This document shows positions 36,815 through 51,178 of a DNA stretch of 64,000 nt, piece by piece (the first letter of the stretch is position 1; every line of letters starts with the position of its first letter). The notes under the pieces are model-generated. The model did not search any database. It had not been told where the DNA came from and saw only the letters and a program-made list of their open reading frames with translations. The stretch is from Mustelus asterias (taxonomy: Eukaryota). Location: NCBI RefSeq assembly GCF_964213995.1, contig NC_135826.1:42718001-42782000 (forward strand). The letters are read 5' to 3'. The position numbers and the translations under genes are program-made.

Positions 36815-39800
36815 GAACTGAGGAACTGGTGCAGGGGGCAGGGTTTCCAATTCTTAGATCATTGGGACCTCCTTTGGGGCAGGTGGGACCTGTACAAGAG
36901 AGACGGGTTACACCTAAACTACAAGGGGACCAATATACTTGCAGGGAGATTTGCTAGTGTTATTGGGGAGCGTTTAAACTAGATTTGCAGGGGGGTGGGA
37001 ACCAGAGTGCCAGAGCAGATAGTGGAGCAGGGGTAAAAAGACAGGTTAGTTCAAGCAAAATCACAAATGGAAGGGTAGAGTGTGGTGGAAATAATTTTTT
37101 GAGGTGTGTCTATTTCAATGCCAGGAGTATTGTGGGGAAGGCAGATGAGCTGAAGGCGTGGATAGACGCATGGAAATATGACATTATAGCCATTAGTGAA
37201 ACTTGGCTACAGGAGGGGCAGGACTGGCAGCTCAATGTTCCAGGGTTCCAATGTTTCAGGCGGGATAGAGGCAGAGGGATAAAAGGTGGGGGGGTGGCAT
37301 TGTTGGTCAGGGAAAATGTTACAGCGGTACTAAGGCAGGATAGATTAGGGAGCTTGTCTACAGAGGCCCTATGGGTGGAGCTGAGAAACAGGAAAGGTAT
37401 GACCACATTAATGGGCTTGTATTATAGACCACCCAATAGTCAGCGAGAATTGGAGGAGCAAATCAGCGGAGAGATAGCTGACAACTGCAAGAAACACAAA
37501 GTTGTGATAGTAGGGGATTTTAATTTTCCACATATAGATTGGGACTCGCATACTGTTAAAGGTTTAGACGGGGTAGAGTTTGTAAAATGTGTTCAGGAGA
37601 ATTTTCTACACCAGTATATAGAGGTGCCAACTAGAGAGGATGCGATATTGGATCTCCTATTGGGAAATGAGTTAGGGCAGGTGATGGATGTGAGTGTGAG
37701 GGAACACTTTGGATCCAGTGATCATAATGCCATTAGTTTCAACCTGATCGTGGATAAGGATAGATCTGGTCCTCGGGTTGAAGTTCTGAACTGGAAAAAG
37801 GCCAAATTTGATGAAATGAGAAGGGATCTGGGAAGTGTGGATTGGCACAGGCTGTTCTCTGGTAAGGATGTAAATGGAAAGTGGGAGGCCTTCAAAGGAG
37901 AAATTTTGAGAGTGCAGAGTTTGTATGTTCCTGTCAGGATTAAAGGCAAAGTAAATAGGAATAAGGAACCTTGGTTCTCGAGGGAGATTGTAACACTGAT
38001 TAAGAGGAAGAGAGAGTTGTATGAAATGTACAGGCAGCAAGAAACACATCAGATGCTCGAGGAGTATAAAAAGTGCAAGAAGCTACTTAAGAGGGAAATC
38101 AGGAGGGCTAAAAGAAGACATGAGGTTGCTTTGGCAGATAGAGTGAAGGAAAATCCAAAGAGCTTCTATAGGTATGTTAGGAGCAAAAGGATAGTGAGGG
38201 ATAAAATTGGTCCTCTTGAAGACCAGAGTGGTACACTGTGTATGGAACCAAAAGAGATGGGGGAGATACTAAATGGTTTTTTTGCATCCGTATTTACTGA
38301 GGAAACGGGCATGGAGTCTACGGAAATAGGGCAAACTGGTAGGGAGGCCATGGAACCTTTACAGATTAAAGGGGAGGAGGTGCTCGCTGTCTTGAGGCAA
38401 ATCAGAGTGGATAAATCCCCAGGACCGGACAGGGTATTCCCACGGACCTTGAGGGAAGCTAGTGTTGAACTTGCAGGGGCCCTGACAGACATATTTAAAA
38501 TGTCAGTATTCACGGGGGAGGTGCCGGATGATTGGAGGGTGGCTCATGTTGTTCCCTTGTTTAAAAAAGGTTCCAAAAGAAATCCGGGAAATTATCGGCC
38601 AGTAAGTTTGACGTCGGTGGTGGGCAAGTTATTGGAAGGTGTGATACGGGATAGGATCTACAAATATTTGGATAGACAGGGACTTATTAGGGAGAGTCAA
38701 CATGGCTTTGTGCGTGGTAGGTCATGTTTGACCAATCTATTCCGAGTTTTTCGAGGAGGTTACCAGGAAAGTGGATGAAGGGAAGGCGGTGGATGTTGTC
38801 TACCTGGATTTCAGCAAGGCCTTTATCAAGGTCCCTCATGGGAGGTTAGTTAGGAAGGTTCAGTCGCTAGGTATACATGGGGAGGTAGTAAATTGGATAA
38901 GACACTGGCTCAATGGAAGAAGCCAGAGAGTGGTTGTGGAGGATTGCTTCTGAGTGGAGGCCTGTGACTAGTGGTGTGCCGCAGGGATCGGTGTTGGGTC
39001 CATTGTTGTTTGTCATCTATATCAATGATCTGGATGATAATGTGGTCAATTGGATCAGCAAGTTTGCTGATGATACAAAGATTGGAGGTGTAGTGGACAG
39101 CGAGGAAGGTTTTCAAAGCTTGCAGAGGGATTTGGACCAACTAGAAAAATGGGCTGAAAAATGGCAAATGGAATTTAACGCAGACAAGTGTGAGATATTG
39201 CACTTTGGAAGGACAAATCAAAGTAGAACGTACAGGGTAAATGGTAGGAATCTGAAGAGTGCAGTTGAACAGAGGGATCTGGGAATACAGGTACAGAATT
39301 CCCTAAAAGTGACGTCACAAGTGGATAGGGTCGTAAAGAGTGCCTTTGGTACATTGGCCTTTATAAATCGGAGTATCGAGTATAAAAGTTGGAGTGTTAT
39401 GGTAAGGTTATATAAGGCATTGGTGAGGCCGAATTTGGAGTATTGTGTACAGTTTTGGTCACCTAGTTACAGGAAGGATGTAAATAAGATTGAAAGAGTG
39501 CAGAGGAGGTTCACAAGGATGTTGCCGGGACTTGAGAAGCTGAGTTACAGAGAGAGATTGAATAGGTTGGGACTTTATTCCCTGGAGCGTAGAAGATTGA
39601 GGGGAGATTTGATAGAGGTGTATAAGATTTTGATGGGTATAGATAGAGTGAATGCAAGCAGGCTTTTTCCGCTGAGGCTAGGGGAGAAAAAAACCAGAGG
39701 GCATGGGTTAAGGGTGAAAGGAGAAAAGTTTAAAGGGAATATTAGGGGGGGCTTCTTCACGCAGAGAGTGGTGGGAGTGTGGAATGAGCTGCCAGATAAA

Positions 39801-39980
39801 GTGGTAAATGCACTTTTAACATTTAAGAAAAACTTGGACGGGTTCATGGATGAGAGGGGTGTGGAGGGATATGGTCCAAGTGCAGGTCAGTGGGACTAGG
39901 CATAAAATGGTTCGGCACAGACAAGAAGGGCCAAAAGGCCTGTTTCTGAGCTGTAATTTTCTATGGTTCTATGGTTCTAA
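36815..39980 (+). mobile_element. CR1 LINE, 5'-truncated, with end of ORF1 (esterase-like) and near-complete ORF2 (APE + RT) broken by two frameshifts
   Basis: ORF1 tail YKRDGLHLN; ORF2 motifs [67 protein letters not shown]; tail (TTCTATGG)n. Confidence 0.95.
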
Positions 39981-40579
39981 GTACCTCAAATGTGTTGCAG
40001 ACATAGTACAAGAGAGAGATTCGGGAGATGACCAAAGGTTTGATTCGTAAAGAGGGTCTTAAAGCCTGGAAATGACTGGAGTAAAGGCATTTGGATAGAG
40101 TCTAATGGCTAGAGGCTGTTGTTAACATAGCAGACAAAAGAAAAGGATTCAATGTTGGAAGAATAATGGTGCAAACGAGACTGAAGAAAATTATAGGGAA
40201 GTTTCAAGATGGAGTATTTGAAGGTTGTGTATTGGGGGAGCAGTTGGCAGTGGTCTTAATGAATGCAGACCTTTTTGTGGGCCTAAGATCTGGCTCCATG
40301 GCTAGAGTTAAGAAGTTGATCAAGCTCTAGGGCAATCCATCTTTAAGATCTGAGGTAGGAGGCGGTGGGTAACAGATTCAGTTGTGTACCTGCCTATTTC
40401 CTGCTCCCATTGGCATGGGTGACGTTGGTAACTCAATGTACTTGCCACCCCTTTTGAGGCACAGTGTGCCCACGCTGGCCATCACAGCCCCCCTTCCCCT
40501 ACACAGTTGGATACCAGACTATGTGCACCATTGTTAAGAAAGTCCTCATGACTTTTTTTTGTGTCATCCCAAATTATAG

Positions 40580-40711
40580 GAAGTGGTGAAGCAGGTACTG
40601 GGTGCGTTTCGAGCCATCGCAGGTAATGACGAGGTCAAGGATGCGATCATTAATGCTGGTGGAACAGACCTGATCGTGTTAGCCATGAACCGTCACATGG
40701 GAAGCCCACAG
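40580..40711 (+). CDS. ARMC6: ARMC6 coding exon 5 ([44 protein letters not shown])
   Basis: RAIAGNDxVKDAI motif; acceptor aattatag, donor CAG|gtacag; 132 nt. Confidence 0.93.
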
Positions 40712-40870
40712 GTACAGAGTCAGTGGAAATGGAATAAAAACAGAAAATGCTGGAAAAACTCATGAGGTTTGGCAGCATGGGGAGAGGTAATGCCTTCCCC
40801 CATTGTTGCTCAAAAGGACTGAAGGATGAAACTGGGGTTTTGTCACTGATTGTGTTTTATTTTGGCGCAG

Positions 40871-41008
40871 ATCTGTGAACAGGGATGTGCTGCCTTGGGG
40901 ATGTTTGCCCTACGGAAACCTGAAAACTGTCACGTGATCATGGAGGGTGGCGGAGCGCTGATGGCACTGCAGGCGATGAAGACGCACATAGCTGAGGTGA
41001 ACGTCCAG
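40871..41008 (+). CDS. ARMC6: ARMC6 coding exon 6 ([46 protein letters not shown])
   Basis: Acceptor ttttggcgcag, donor CAG|gtgaga; 138 nt. Confidence 0.93.
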
Positions 41009-41164
41009 GTGAGATGGTAGGGCAAGTGGGTGAAGGGGAGAGGAAGGGAAACACGGTGGTGTGGAAAGGGACGGCGAATGGTGTGGAAAGGACAGGGGAA
41101 ATGTGGAAGGGATGGGGGAGAGGAAAAGGGCAGGGGAAAGCAAAGAGATAGGGCTTTTGATAGT

Positions 41165-42405
41165 TCGTTGAGGAGGTAACAAGGAAGTTAGATAAAGGAG
41201 AACCAGTGGATATGATTTATTTAGATTTCCAGAAGGCCTTTGACAAGGTACCACATAGGAGAATATTAAATAAGTTAAGAGCCCATGGTGTTAAGGGTAA
41301 GATCCTGGCATGGATAGAGGATTGGCTGACTGGCAGAAGTCAGAGTGGGGATAAAGGGGTCTTTTCCAGGATGGCAGCCGGTGACTAGTGGTGAGCCTCA
41401 GGGGTCAGTGTTGGGACCACAACTTTTCACAATATACATTAACGATTTGGAGGAAGGATCTGAAGGCACTGTTGCTAAGTTTGCAGATGATACAAAGATA
41501 TGTAGAGGGACAGGTAGTATTGAGGAAGCAGGGGGCTGCAGAAGGACTTGGACAGGTTAGGAGAGCGGGCAAAGAAGTGGCAAATGAAATACAATGTGGA
41601 AAAGTGTGAGGTTATGTACTTTGGAAGGAGGAATGGAGGCATAGACTATTTTCTAAATGGGGAAATGCTTAGGAAATTAGAAACGCAAAGAGACTTGGGA
41701 GTCATTGTTCAAGATTCTCTTAAGGTTAACGTGCGGTTTCAGTTGACAGTTAGGAAGGCAAATGCAATGTTAGCATTCATGTCAAGGGGGTTACAATACA
41801 AGAGCAGGGATGTACTTCTGAGGCTGTATAAGGCTCTGGTCAGACCCCATTTGGAATATTGTGAGCAGTTTTGGGCCCCATATCTAAGGAAGGATGTGCT
41901 GGCCTTGGAAAAGGTCCAGAGAAGGTTCACAAGAATGATCCCTGGAATGAGGAGCTTGTCGTATAAGGAACGGTTGAGGACTCTGGGTCTGTACTCATTG
42001 GAGTTTAGAAGGATGAGGGGAGATCTTATTGAAACTTACAGGATACTGCGAGGCCTGGATAGAGTGGACATGGAGAGGATGTTTCCAGTAGTAGGAAAAA
42101 CTAGAACCAGACGGCACAACCTCAGGCTAAAGGGACAATCCTTTAAAACAGAGATGAGGAGGAATTTCTTCAGCCAGAGAGTGGTGAATCTGTGGAACTC
42201 TTTGCCGCAGAAGGCTGTGGAGGCCAGGTCATTGAGTGTCTTTAGGACAGAGATAGATAGGTTCTTGATTAATAAGGGGATCAGGGGTTATGGGAAAAAG
42301 GCAGGAGAATGGGGATGAGAAAAATATCAGCCATGATTGAATGGCGGAGCAGACTCGATGGGCCGAGTGGCCTAATTCTGCTCCTGTGTCTTATGGTCTT
42401 ATGGC
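41165..42405 (+). mobile_element. CR1 LINE 3' fragment
   Basis: [37 protein letters not shown]; tail tcttatggtcttatgg. Confidence 0.92.
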
Positions 42406-42797
42406 TTGAAGAGTCTACTGCTTGTTCTTTTTCAGAGTCGGGCAGTGAAGGATAGAACTGGAGCCTAACATTTAAACACAGCTTTTATTTATAGACTGAT
42501 ATATTACATGTATGTTCCTCCAAACAATTGCAGCTTCAGTGCTCCTATTGTACCTCTGTTGTAAACCCATTACCAATTAAGTGCCACTTTTGAAAGGCAC
42601 TACTGACCCACTGTAAGAAAACAAACTGAAACTTTAAAGGAAACTTTATAAATGAAAATGTAATATTTGAGGTTCTGTATATAGGGACACAAGTAAATCC
42701 CCAGTTAATGTCCAACACTTGAATGTAGTACAAGTAAACATCAGTTAACATTGCTGAACCTCTGTTTTAATGTTGGTTGATCTTTCTCCCCTTACAG

Positions 42798-43010
42798 AAG
42801 CAGGCCTGCATGCTGCTCCGTAACCTGGTGGCACGCAATCCTGACTTCTCCCAGCTGATCCTGGAGATGGGAGCCGAGGTGCTCATCCTGCAGGCTAAGA
42901 CCACACATCAAGACTGCGAGGACCTGGCGAAAGCTGCCCTGAGGGACCTCGGCTGCAAAGTGGAGCTTCACGAGTTCTGGACGGGGGAGAAAGGTGGGAT
43001 TTCCCGTTGA
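42798..43010 (+). CDS. ARMC6: ARMC6 coding exon 7, last ([13 protein letters not shown]...[27 protein letters not shown])
   Basis: Acceptor tctccccttacag and TGA stop. The seven exons sum to 1401 nt, i.e. 466 aa plus stop. Confidence 0.94.
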   Translation, partial: KQACMLLRNLVARNPDFSQLILEMGAEVLILQAKTTHQDCEDLAKAALRDLGCKVELHEFWTGEKGGISR

Positions 43011-43576
43011 ACGCCACTTTGGGCTAAAACAAGACAATGGACCCAGAAAACATACATCCATGTTTCGTTGCACATTGCTGGATTTTTCAAACATTTAACT
43101 CTTCTGTGGCCATCTGAGACGTTGACTAAGCCACCAGAGAAGCTCTAAGGTGACTGTTCAGCTGCAGTCAATTCAGGATATACCAATGACCACCCTCACC
43201 TCTACTTCAATGATTGGGACTTCCCACATTGCAGATAAGTTCTGGGAGACTGGGAGCAGGTTGTTGCCTGATAGTCACTGCCAAACGCATTGAGGATCCT
43301 TCCCCGAAAAATTGCCACGTCTGAATGTTCTCCTAGTTTGACAGGTAATCAGGTTCTAGAAATTCCATTCTTTTGACATCAAGGGCCTGTTTTACTCGCC
43401 AAAAATTTCAGCAACAAAATGCAAAGTGTTTCGAGACTAGTGGTTATGAATATTATATTGTCGCATTACTTATCACTTGCCACAAAGAGTACACTAAAGT
43501 GTTTAACACCAAACTTGGGAGCGTCTGTGTCTTGACGGAGGTTGATAATCTGGGGTTAAACATGCCACTTCATGGA

Positions 43577-43878
43577 TCATAGAATCCCTCCAGTGCAGAA
43601 GGAGGCCATTCAGCCCATTGCATCTGCATGAATCTCCAACAGAACATCTTATCCAGGCCCACCCTCTGCCCTATCCCCATAACCCGACACATTTGTCCCA
43701 CTAATCCTCCTAACCTACACATCTTGGGATTTAGCACGGCCAATCCACTTAATCTAGGAGGAAAGCGGAGCATCCGGAGGAATCCCACGTAGACACCGGG
43801 AGAACGTGTGAACTCCACACAGTCACCCAAGGCACTGGGTCCCTGGCACTTTGAGGCAGCCGTGCTAACCACCGTGTC
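43577..43878 (-). mobile_element. HE1-like V-SINE downstream of the ARMC6 stop
   Basis: Head and CR1-type tail with internal deletions. Confidence 0.8.
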
Positions 43879-45664
43879 GTCCAAGTGCCTCCATTTTCAC
43901 ACCGCCCTCTCACTTGCTTCCCTAATTACATCAGTCGACAGTAAGAAGGTGCAGGGTTTAAGAAGCAGGAGCCCTCACAACATTTCACAAGCCTTAGATG
44001 AATACTTGAAACCCAATAGCATTAAAGGCTCGGACCACGTGCTGGAAAATGGGATTAGAATAGAACATGCACTGGCATGTTCGGCCAAAGAGTCTCTGTG
44101 TTCATAAAACCCTATGACTCTTAAAAAAATTAAAACAGTGTCACTGGGTCTGTGAGTAAAATTTAGTTTCCATTACAAAGCTGTTAATTTTAGATGCAGT
44201 GATTTCTGCTATTAGTTGATGTTACAGATTTTAATATAAAATACCCAAAAGGAAATGTTACACCTAATCAGCAGGATTGAAGACTGCTTACCAGTGTCTC
44301 AGTATTCCTGCAACATGGGAGTTCTGTTAATAATTGAGAGGAGGTTCTCCCTTCTTGGTTGATAACAGAATTGATTCTATAATTGAGAATCCCCCAGCCA
44401 AAATTGTTTACCGCCTGATATCTTTGCCATTGCATTTTAAAGCAATTCTTTTTTCTACCAGTTATGGTGGATATGGTCCCCGGAAGGGTAGGTAGGGGGT
44501 TTTCGTTAAGTCGGGCAGCATGGTCGGTGCAGGCTTGGAGGGCCGAAGGGCCTGTTCCTGTGCTGTAATTTTCTTTGTTCTTATCCAGTCCCCCTTCTCC
44601 CACCCAACTGAGGCTCTGGCTTGTATGGGAATCCAGGGGGGTGTTATTGACACCACGGGTGGATGATTGAGGCTTTGCTGGATGAGGCAAGTCGTGTACG
44701 AATCGTGAAGTGGGAAATCCCAGTGACTCTACAAAAGCTGGGTTGAACTTTGGATTCGAAGTTGCATTTATTTCATAGTCTTGAGGTTGGAAGGAATGTC
44801 TGCTCTAACTAAGGTTGCCGCTTGCGTTCTGCCTGTGGGAAGTCAGAGGTTGAGTTTTCAGCCCATGCTATAGTTCACTGATTTTCAAACTGCTAACCCA
44901 TATACACCTTACTTTGACAATACTCATTTAAACCTTTCACTTTCTGATGGTGATTAACCTGTTGTGTATTTCCACCATTTGCTGTTTTATTTTTTCTCGG
45001 TAGTCAAGCCCAGATGTTTTCAATGTATTAAAAATGTTGCATTCACGTGGAATTTTTTTCCTTTTATAACTTCCTACGCCCACATTTATAATGGAAATGC
45101 CGATATAAGTGCCACATTATAATTATAACCTTCCAATTGTGGAGGTGCTGTAGTGCCAACTGCTTATTGGGTCAGAGGTTTAGAGGTTTTTTTTTACCCT
45201 GCTGGTGGAACTGTGCAACAGTAGACTGCAAGAATCTTTCTTCTTGTGGAACCACCCATTATAAGACGGAAGAAGGAAAGTTTCTTGACACTGCACCTCA
45301 GCAAGGATAGATTAGTCTTGGAGGGGTGCGGAACAGAATTATACTGGGGCTAAAAAGGTTAAATTATGAGAACAGCTAATGTAGACTGGGCTCGTATTCC
45401 CCATAATATGGTGAATTAAAGTGTGATCAGATGGAGGGGGTTTAAGATGCTGAAAGGAGTTGATAGAGGCAATAGAGGTAAACTGTTTCCTCTGGTGAGG
45501 TGGGGGGGAATCCAGAAACAGGGGACAGAACCTTAAAATTCAAACCAGGCCATTTAGGGGTGATGTCAGGAAGCACTTCTGCATACAAAAGGTGGTAAGA
45601 CCCACCTCCCCCACCCTAACAAAAAAAGCTGTACAGACTGGACATTGATGAATAATTTCATAAG

Positions 45665-46162
45665 TTTTTAAGTTTAAAGTTTATTTATTAGTGTCACACG
45701 TAGGCTTACATTAACATTGCAATGACGTTACTGTGAAAATCCCCTACTTGCCACCCTCTGGTGCCTGTTTGGGTACACTGAGGGAGAATTTAGCACAGCC
45801 AATGCATCTAACCAACACGTCAAGCCAGTTTTGTATCCATCTTACCAGCTCACCTCAGATCCCATATGACTTCACCTTCTGTATCAGCCTGCCATGAGGA
45901 ACCTTATCGAAGGCTTTACTAAAGTCCATGTATGCAACATCCACTGCCCTGCCCTGGTCAATTTTTCTATTGCTTCCTCAAAGAACTCAATCAAGTTTGT
46001 GAAACACGACCTCTCCTTCACAAAAGCATGCTGCTTATCACTAATAAGTCTACACAGACACAGGGAGAATGTGCAGACTCTGCGCACACGATGATCCAAG
46101 TTGGGAATTGAACCCGGGTTCCTGACACTGTGAGGTAGCAGTGTCACTGTGCCACCATGCCA
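45665..46162 (-). mobile_element. V-SINE (alternative tail) interrupted by a CR1 RT fragment (45822-46050)
   Basis: SINE halves flank QHAFVKERSCFTNLIEFFEE. Confidence 0.75.
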
Positions 46163-46784
46163 CCCCTTAGAAACAGGTTAAGGAATATATTAAGGGTTAT
46201 GAAAGTATGGAGGGTAGATGGAGTTATGTTACAGATCATTTGTGATCTAATTGAATGATGGATTAAGATAGAGGGGTTGAATAATCTTCTGTCCCTGTAC
46301 CAACAATTCCTGTATTGCATCTGCCTCTCTCGGTCATCGCTGAAGGATGAAGTGTTGTAACAGTAGGACTGATGCAGCTAAAAATAGAAACAGAAGGTCT
46401 TTCACTGCAGTGCGGTTCTGGGAAGAACTGATAGCGTCAACTCGGCCCCAAACATTGGCGCATTGTCAGCATGATCTGCAAAAACAGCTAAGGAGCAAAG
46501 TCTATCTACCTCTGTCAACTGAGGTGGGTGGAGTGGGCGAGTGTTAGACTTGCATAATGCCTTGTAAATATATTATTTTCCTTTAAAGTAACATCGTAAT
46601 TTTGACTCATCAGCCAGAGCAAGGGTGGAATAACCTTAACATTTGAGCCAGGCCTTTCAGGAGTGATGTCAGGGGCACTTCACCACACAAAGGGGAGTGG
46701 CAATCTAGAATTCATCGCTCACCCCACCCAAAGAAAAGCTGTCGAAAGGTTGGAATTCGGTTGCAAAATTTCATAACTGATTCA

Positions 46785-47600
46785 TGTTCTCCCCGATTTG
46801 CATGAGTTTCCTCTGGGTGCTCCGGTTTCCTCCAAAAGATGTGAGGGTTAGGTTGATCATAGAATCCCTGCAGTGCAGAAGGAGGCCATTCGGCCCATTG
46901 CGGCTGCACCAACCACAATCCCACCCAGGCCCTATTCCCATAACCCCACATATTTACCCTGCTAATCCCCCTGACTGACTAGGGTCAGTTTAGCCTGGCC
47001 AATCAATCTAACCCGCACATCTTTGGACTGTGGGAGGAAACCCATGCAGACACAGGGAGAATGTGCAAACTCCACACTGACAGTGACCCAAGGCCGGAAT
47101 TGAACCCAGGTCCCTGGCGCTGTGAGGCAGCAGTGCTAACCACTGTGCCACCACGCCGCCCAAAATTTTAATTTAACTTTCTCCAATTCAAATTTTCCCC
47201 ATCTGCCTTGGTGGGGTTTGAACCTGAGTCCCAGAGTATTATCTGTATTACTAGTCCAGCAACAATACCACTACGCCATTGCCTCCCCTATTAAAAATGG
47301 TTTCATTGTCATCATTAGATTTTTTTTAAAATTCCAGATTTTTTAAAATTCAAATTTCACCATCTGCCGTGGTGGGTCGAACCCGGGTCCCCAGGGCATT
47401 ACCCTGGATCACTAGTCCAGTGACAATACTACAACGCCATAGCCTACTATGATTGGCCATAGTAAATTGCCCTTTAGTGTCAGGAGGACTAGGAGGGTAA
47501 ATGCGTGGGGTAACGGAGACAGGGCCTGGGTGGGGTTGTAGTTGGTGCAGGCTCGATGGGCCAAATGGCCTCGAAGGAAGCAGTGTTGGGATTCTATGAT
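46785..47600. mobile_element. SINE pile-up: minus-strand HE1 (46858-47160) and two tRNA-SINE heads inside a plus-strand HE1
   Basis: The plus-strand HE1 V-domain at 46785-46857 resumes at about 47450 (gattggccatagtaaattgcc). Confidence 0.7.
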
Positions 47601-47924
47601 TGGCTAAGGATGAAGTGCAATATGAGCTGGTTTTTGAACAGCTAATTTTTCAAAGGGAACAGCAATTATTCATTTGTGCAAATTATTCTCTTTTGATGAA
47701 TGAGAACTCTTGGTTGTGTTGCTGCTGGTTTGTTGCCTAGTTTAATACATATGCAAAATGCAGACAGTGAGTGGATTTTTCTTAAACCAGGCTGTGGGCA
47801 GATATGGGGAGAAGCTGCAATGCTTGGATTGCATTTAATCATTTTAGTTGAAGGATGAAATGTGGAAACAAGAATGTTGATGATCTAACGCATCCTCCTC
47901 CACCCCCAATGTGATAGAATTTAA

Positions 47925-48225
47925 TCATAGAATTCCTGCAGTGCAAAAGAGGCCATTCGGCCCATTGGGCCTGCACTGACTCTCTGACAGAGTATCTTAC
48001 CTAGGCCCTCTCCCTGTAACCCCACACATTTCCCATGGCTAATCCATCTAACCGACACATCTTGGGACACTAAGGGGCAATTTAACATGGCCAATCCAAC
48101 TAAACTGCACATCTTTGGACCGTGAGAGGAAACCAGAGCACCTGGAGGAAACCCACGCGGACTCCACACAGACAATGACCCAAGGCCAGCAAGTGGGCCT
48201 GAAGCAGTACTAACCACTGTGCCCC
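47925..48225 (-). mobile_element. HE1-like V-SINE
   Basis: CR1-type tail and V-domain. Confidence 0.8.
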
Positions 48226-49994
48226 ACCAAATTTAGGTTAAATTATGACAACAGCTTGTATAATCTTGGCTAGTATTGGATTGATTACAGAATGTTTAGG
48301 GCAATTTTACTAGGGATTTTATGTGGTCAATGCAGAAAAACTATTTTCTTTGGTGGGGGAATTAAGAATGAGAGGGACATAATTTTAAAATGAGAGCCAG
48401 GACACTCAGAAGTAAAACCAGAAAGTGCCTCCTCATAAAGAGGATATTAGTATTCAATAATTCTCCCCCCGCAAAAAAGCGTGTGGATGTTGGGGGTCAA
48501 TTTTGAGATCAATAGATTTTTGTTAAGCAAAGCTAGTTAGTGATTTGGAGCAAAGACAGGTAAATGGGATTGAGACAAGAACAGATCAGCTGGGATCTAA
48601 ATGAGTTGCAGAGTTACTATAATCCCTTCCATCCCCTATCTCTCTGGTTCCTTATAAATCGTGGACTTGGTGTACTTAAAGAAGAAGTGGGTGAATTAGC
48701 TGTATATCATCTTGGCAAGTTTAAAATCCCTGTCCCTGTTAATCTGCATAAATATTGAACCGTGTGCCTAATTTACAATTGAAATTTGTGCACATTTCCT
48801 TCAGCCAAAAATTATAAACTGATCTGATGTAAATTGTGTTGAAAAACATGCAGCATTGGAAAAATAATTACCCATGACTATATCATGCATGTGCAATGTA
48901 ATGGTACTTACACTTAGGTAGCATTACACACCTCTAACAAATAAAGCAACCACTTTACACACAGCAAAGTCTGATATACTGCAGTATTATAAATAGCCAG
49001 CCTATTTGTGGTGAATATTTGGGAAGACATCACGGTCAGAATAGCAGGTATATTTCCCTCCTCTTCAAATAGTACTAGGGAATCTTTGCAATCCTCCTAT
49101 ATCAGCAGAACATCTTTACATGCCCTTGGTTTAACATCTCGTTTGAAGGACAGAACTTTCAGCAACGTAGGAATCCCCAATGACTAGATCACCTAGTGGT
49201 GTTATGTGCCCAGGTCCTGTTGCAATGACGAAAATGAAATGGGCCTCCAGTTTGAAAAATCCTCTACAACCACCCTCTGGCTTCTGTCATCCAGCCAATT
49301 TTGTATGCATTTAGCTACTCATCCTGGATCCCGTGAGATTTAACCTTATGCAACAACCTAGAGTAGTAGTAGAGGCGGGTACAATTTTGTCTTTTAAAAA
49401 GCATTTAGACAGTTACACGGGTAAGATGGGTATAGAGGGATATGGGCCAAATGCGGGGAATTGGGACTAGCTTAGGGGTTTTTAAAAAAAGGCAGCATGG
49501 ACAAGTTGGGCCGAAGGACTGTTTCCATGCTGTAAACCTCTACGACTCTATGACATAGTTTCCCAGCCATAAAAGGTTGAATATTTACAAAGAATTAATA
49601 GGACAAGAGTAGGTACGATATTGAACTGTACTGAATATGGTTTCTGATACAAGAGTCAGTACTAACTAGCTGATCTCAAATGACAGGAGAGGCAGTGCAA
49701 ATTATCTGATTGTCAGCTGTGGCTCTGTCCTAGCACCGTCCCTTTTGAGTCAGAGGGTTCAGAATAACGTACAGACCAGGAATGGGTGCAGGTGGAAGCC
49801 ATTCAATCCTCCGAGCCTGCTCTGCCATTCAATGAAATCATGGCTGATCATCTTCAACACCATTTTCCTGCACTATCCCTGTACCCTTGATGTTTTAATA
49901 GGCAGAAATCTATCAATCTCAGACTTGAACTTAATGACTGAGCCTCCACAGCCCTCTGGGGTAGAGAATTTGAAAGATTCACCACCCTCTGAGT

Positions 49995-50490
49995 GAACTT
50001 TTACAGATGCACCATAGAAAGCATTCTTTCTGGTTGTATCACAGTTTGGTGTGGCTCCTGATCTGACCAAGACCGCAAGAAACTACAAAAGGTCGTGAAT
50101 GTAGCCCAATCCATCACGCAAACCAGCCTCCCACCCATTGACTCTGTCTACACTTCCCGCTGCCTCGGCAAAGCAGCCAGCATAATTAAGGACCCCACGC
50201 ACCCCGGACATTCTCTCTTCCACCTTCTTCCTTCGGGACAAAGGTACAAAAGTCTGAGGTCACGTACCAACCGACTCAAGAACAGCTTCTTCCCTGCTGC
50301 CGTCAGACTTTTGAATGGACTTACCTTGCATTAAGTTGATCTTTCTCTACACCCTAGCTATGACTGTAACACTACATTCTGCACTCTCTCATTTCCTTCT
50401 CTATGAACGGTATGCTTTATCTGTATAGCGCGCAAGAAACAAAACTTTTCACTGTATGTTAATACATGTGACAATAATAAATCAAATCAA
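49995..50490 (+). mobile_element. Rex1/Babar 3' fragment
   Basis: Closely similar to 22795-23290. Confidence 0.88.
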
Positions 50491-50576
50491 AAAACTAATT
50501 GCTGTTTGTGGGACATTGCTCCATGCAAATTGTCTTTCACATTTCCCTACCTCATGAGAGTAACTGCACTTCAAAG

Positions 50577-50875
50577 TGAAATAACTCCTCAGAGGCCGGT
50601 GTCCCTTCATCAGATTCCCTTTATTTACAAACTTATCTCCACTAATAAGAGAGCTTCAGGTATAGAATCAGAATCCGGAGTGCCAGTAGACCTGACACTC
50701 CTCAATATAGCCGCGGTAGAGGGGCAGCCAATCACGTCTGATGACCCCCTCGTTTGCCCGCTGCCTAGACCTGTTTATGGCAAGCTTTGCCAGGCCCAGG
50801 GAGGCAATCATTACTTCAATCAGGAAACTCATACTCCAAGAGGCCCACCTCATGGGCCCTGTTGAAGTCAATACA
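50577..50875. mobile_element. Possible solo LTR inserted in a SINE tail
   Basis: TG...CA ends, minus-strand AATAAA near 50620; interrupts a Deu-SINE tail. Confidence 0.35.
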
Positions 50876-50914
50876 TGAAAGCTGCAAGAAGTAGAATTGG
50901 GACAGCCAATATGA

Positions 50915-51178
50915 GTGGCATGGTGGCACAGTGGTTAGCACTGCTGTCTCACAGCGCCAAGGACCCGGGTTTGATTCCCAGGTTGGGTCATTGTCTGTGC
51001 AGAGTCTGCACGTTCGCTCCGGTTGCTCCGGTTTCCTCCCACAGTACGAAAGACGTGCTGGTTAGGTGCATTGGCCATGCTAAATTCTCCCTCAGTGTAC
51101 CCGAACAGGCGCCAGAGTGTGGCGGCTAGGGGATTTTCACAGCAACTTCATTGCAGTGTTAATGCAAGCCTACTTGCG
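50915..51178 (+). mobile_element. HE1-like V-SINE with alternative tail
   Basis: As 2125-2416. Confidence 0.83.
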
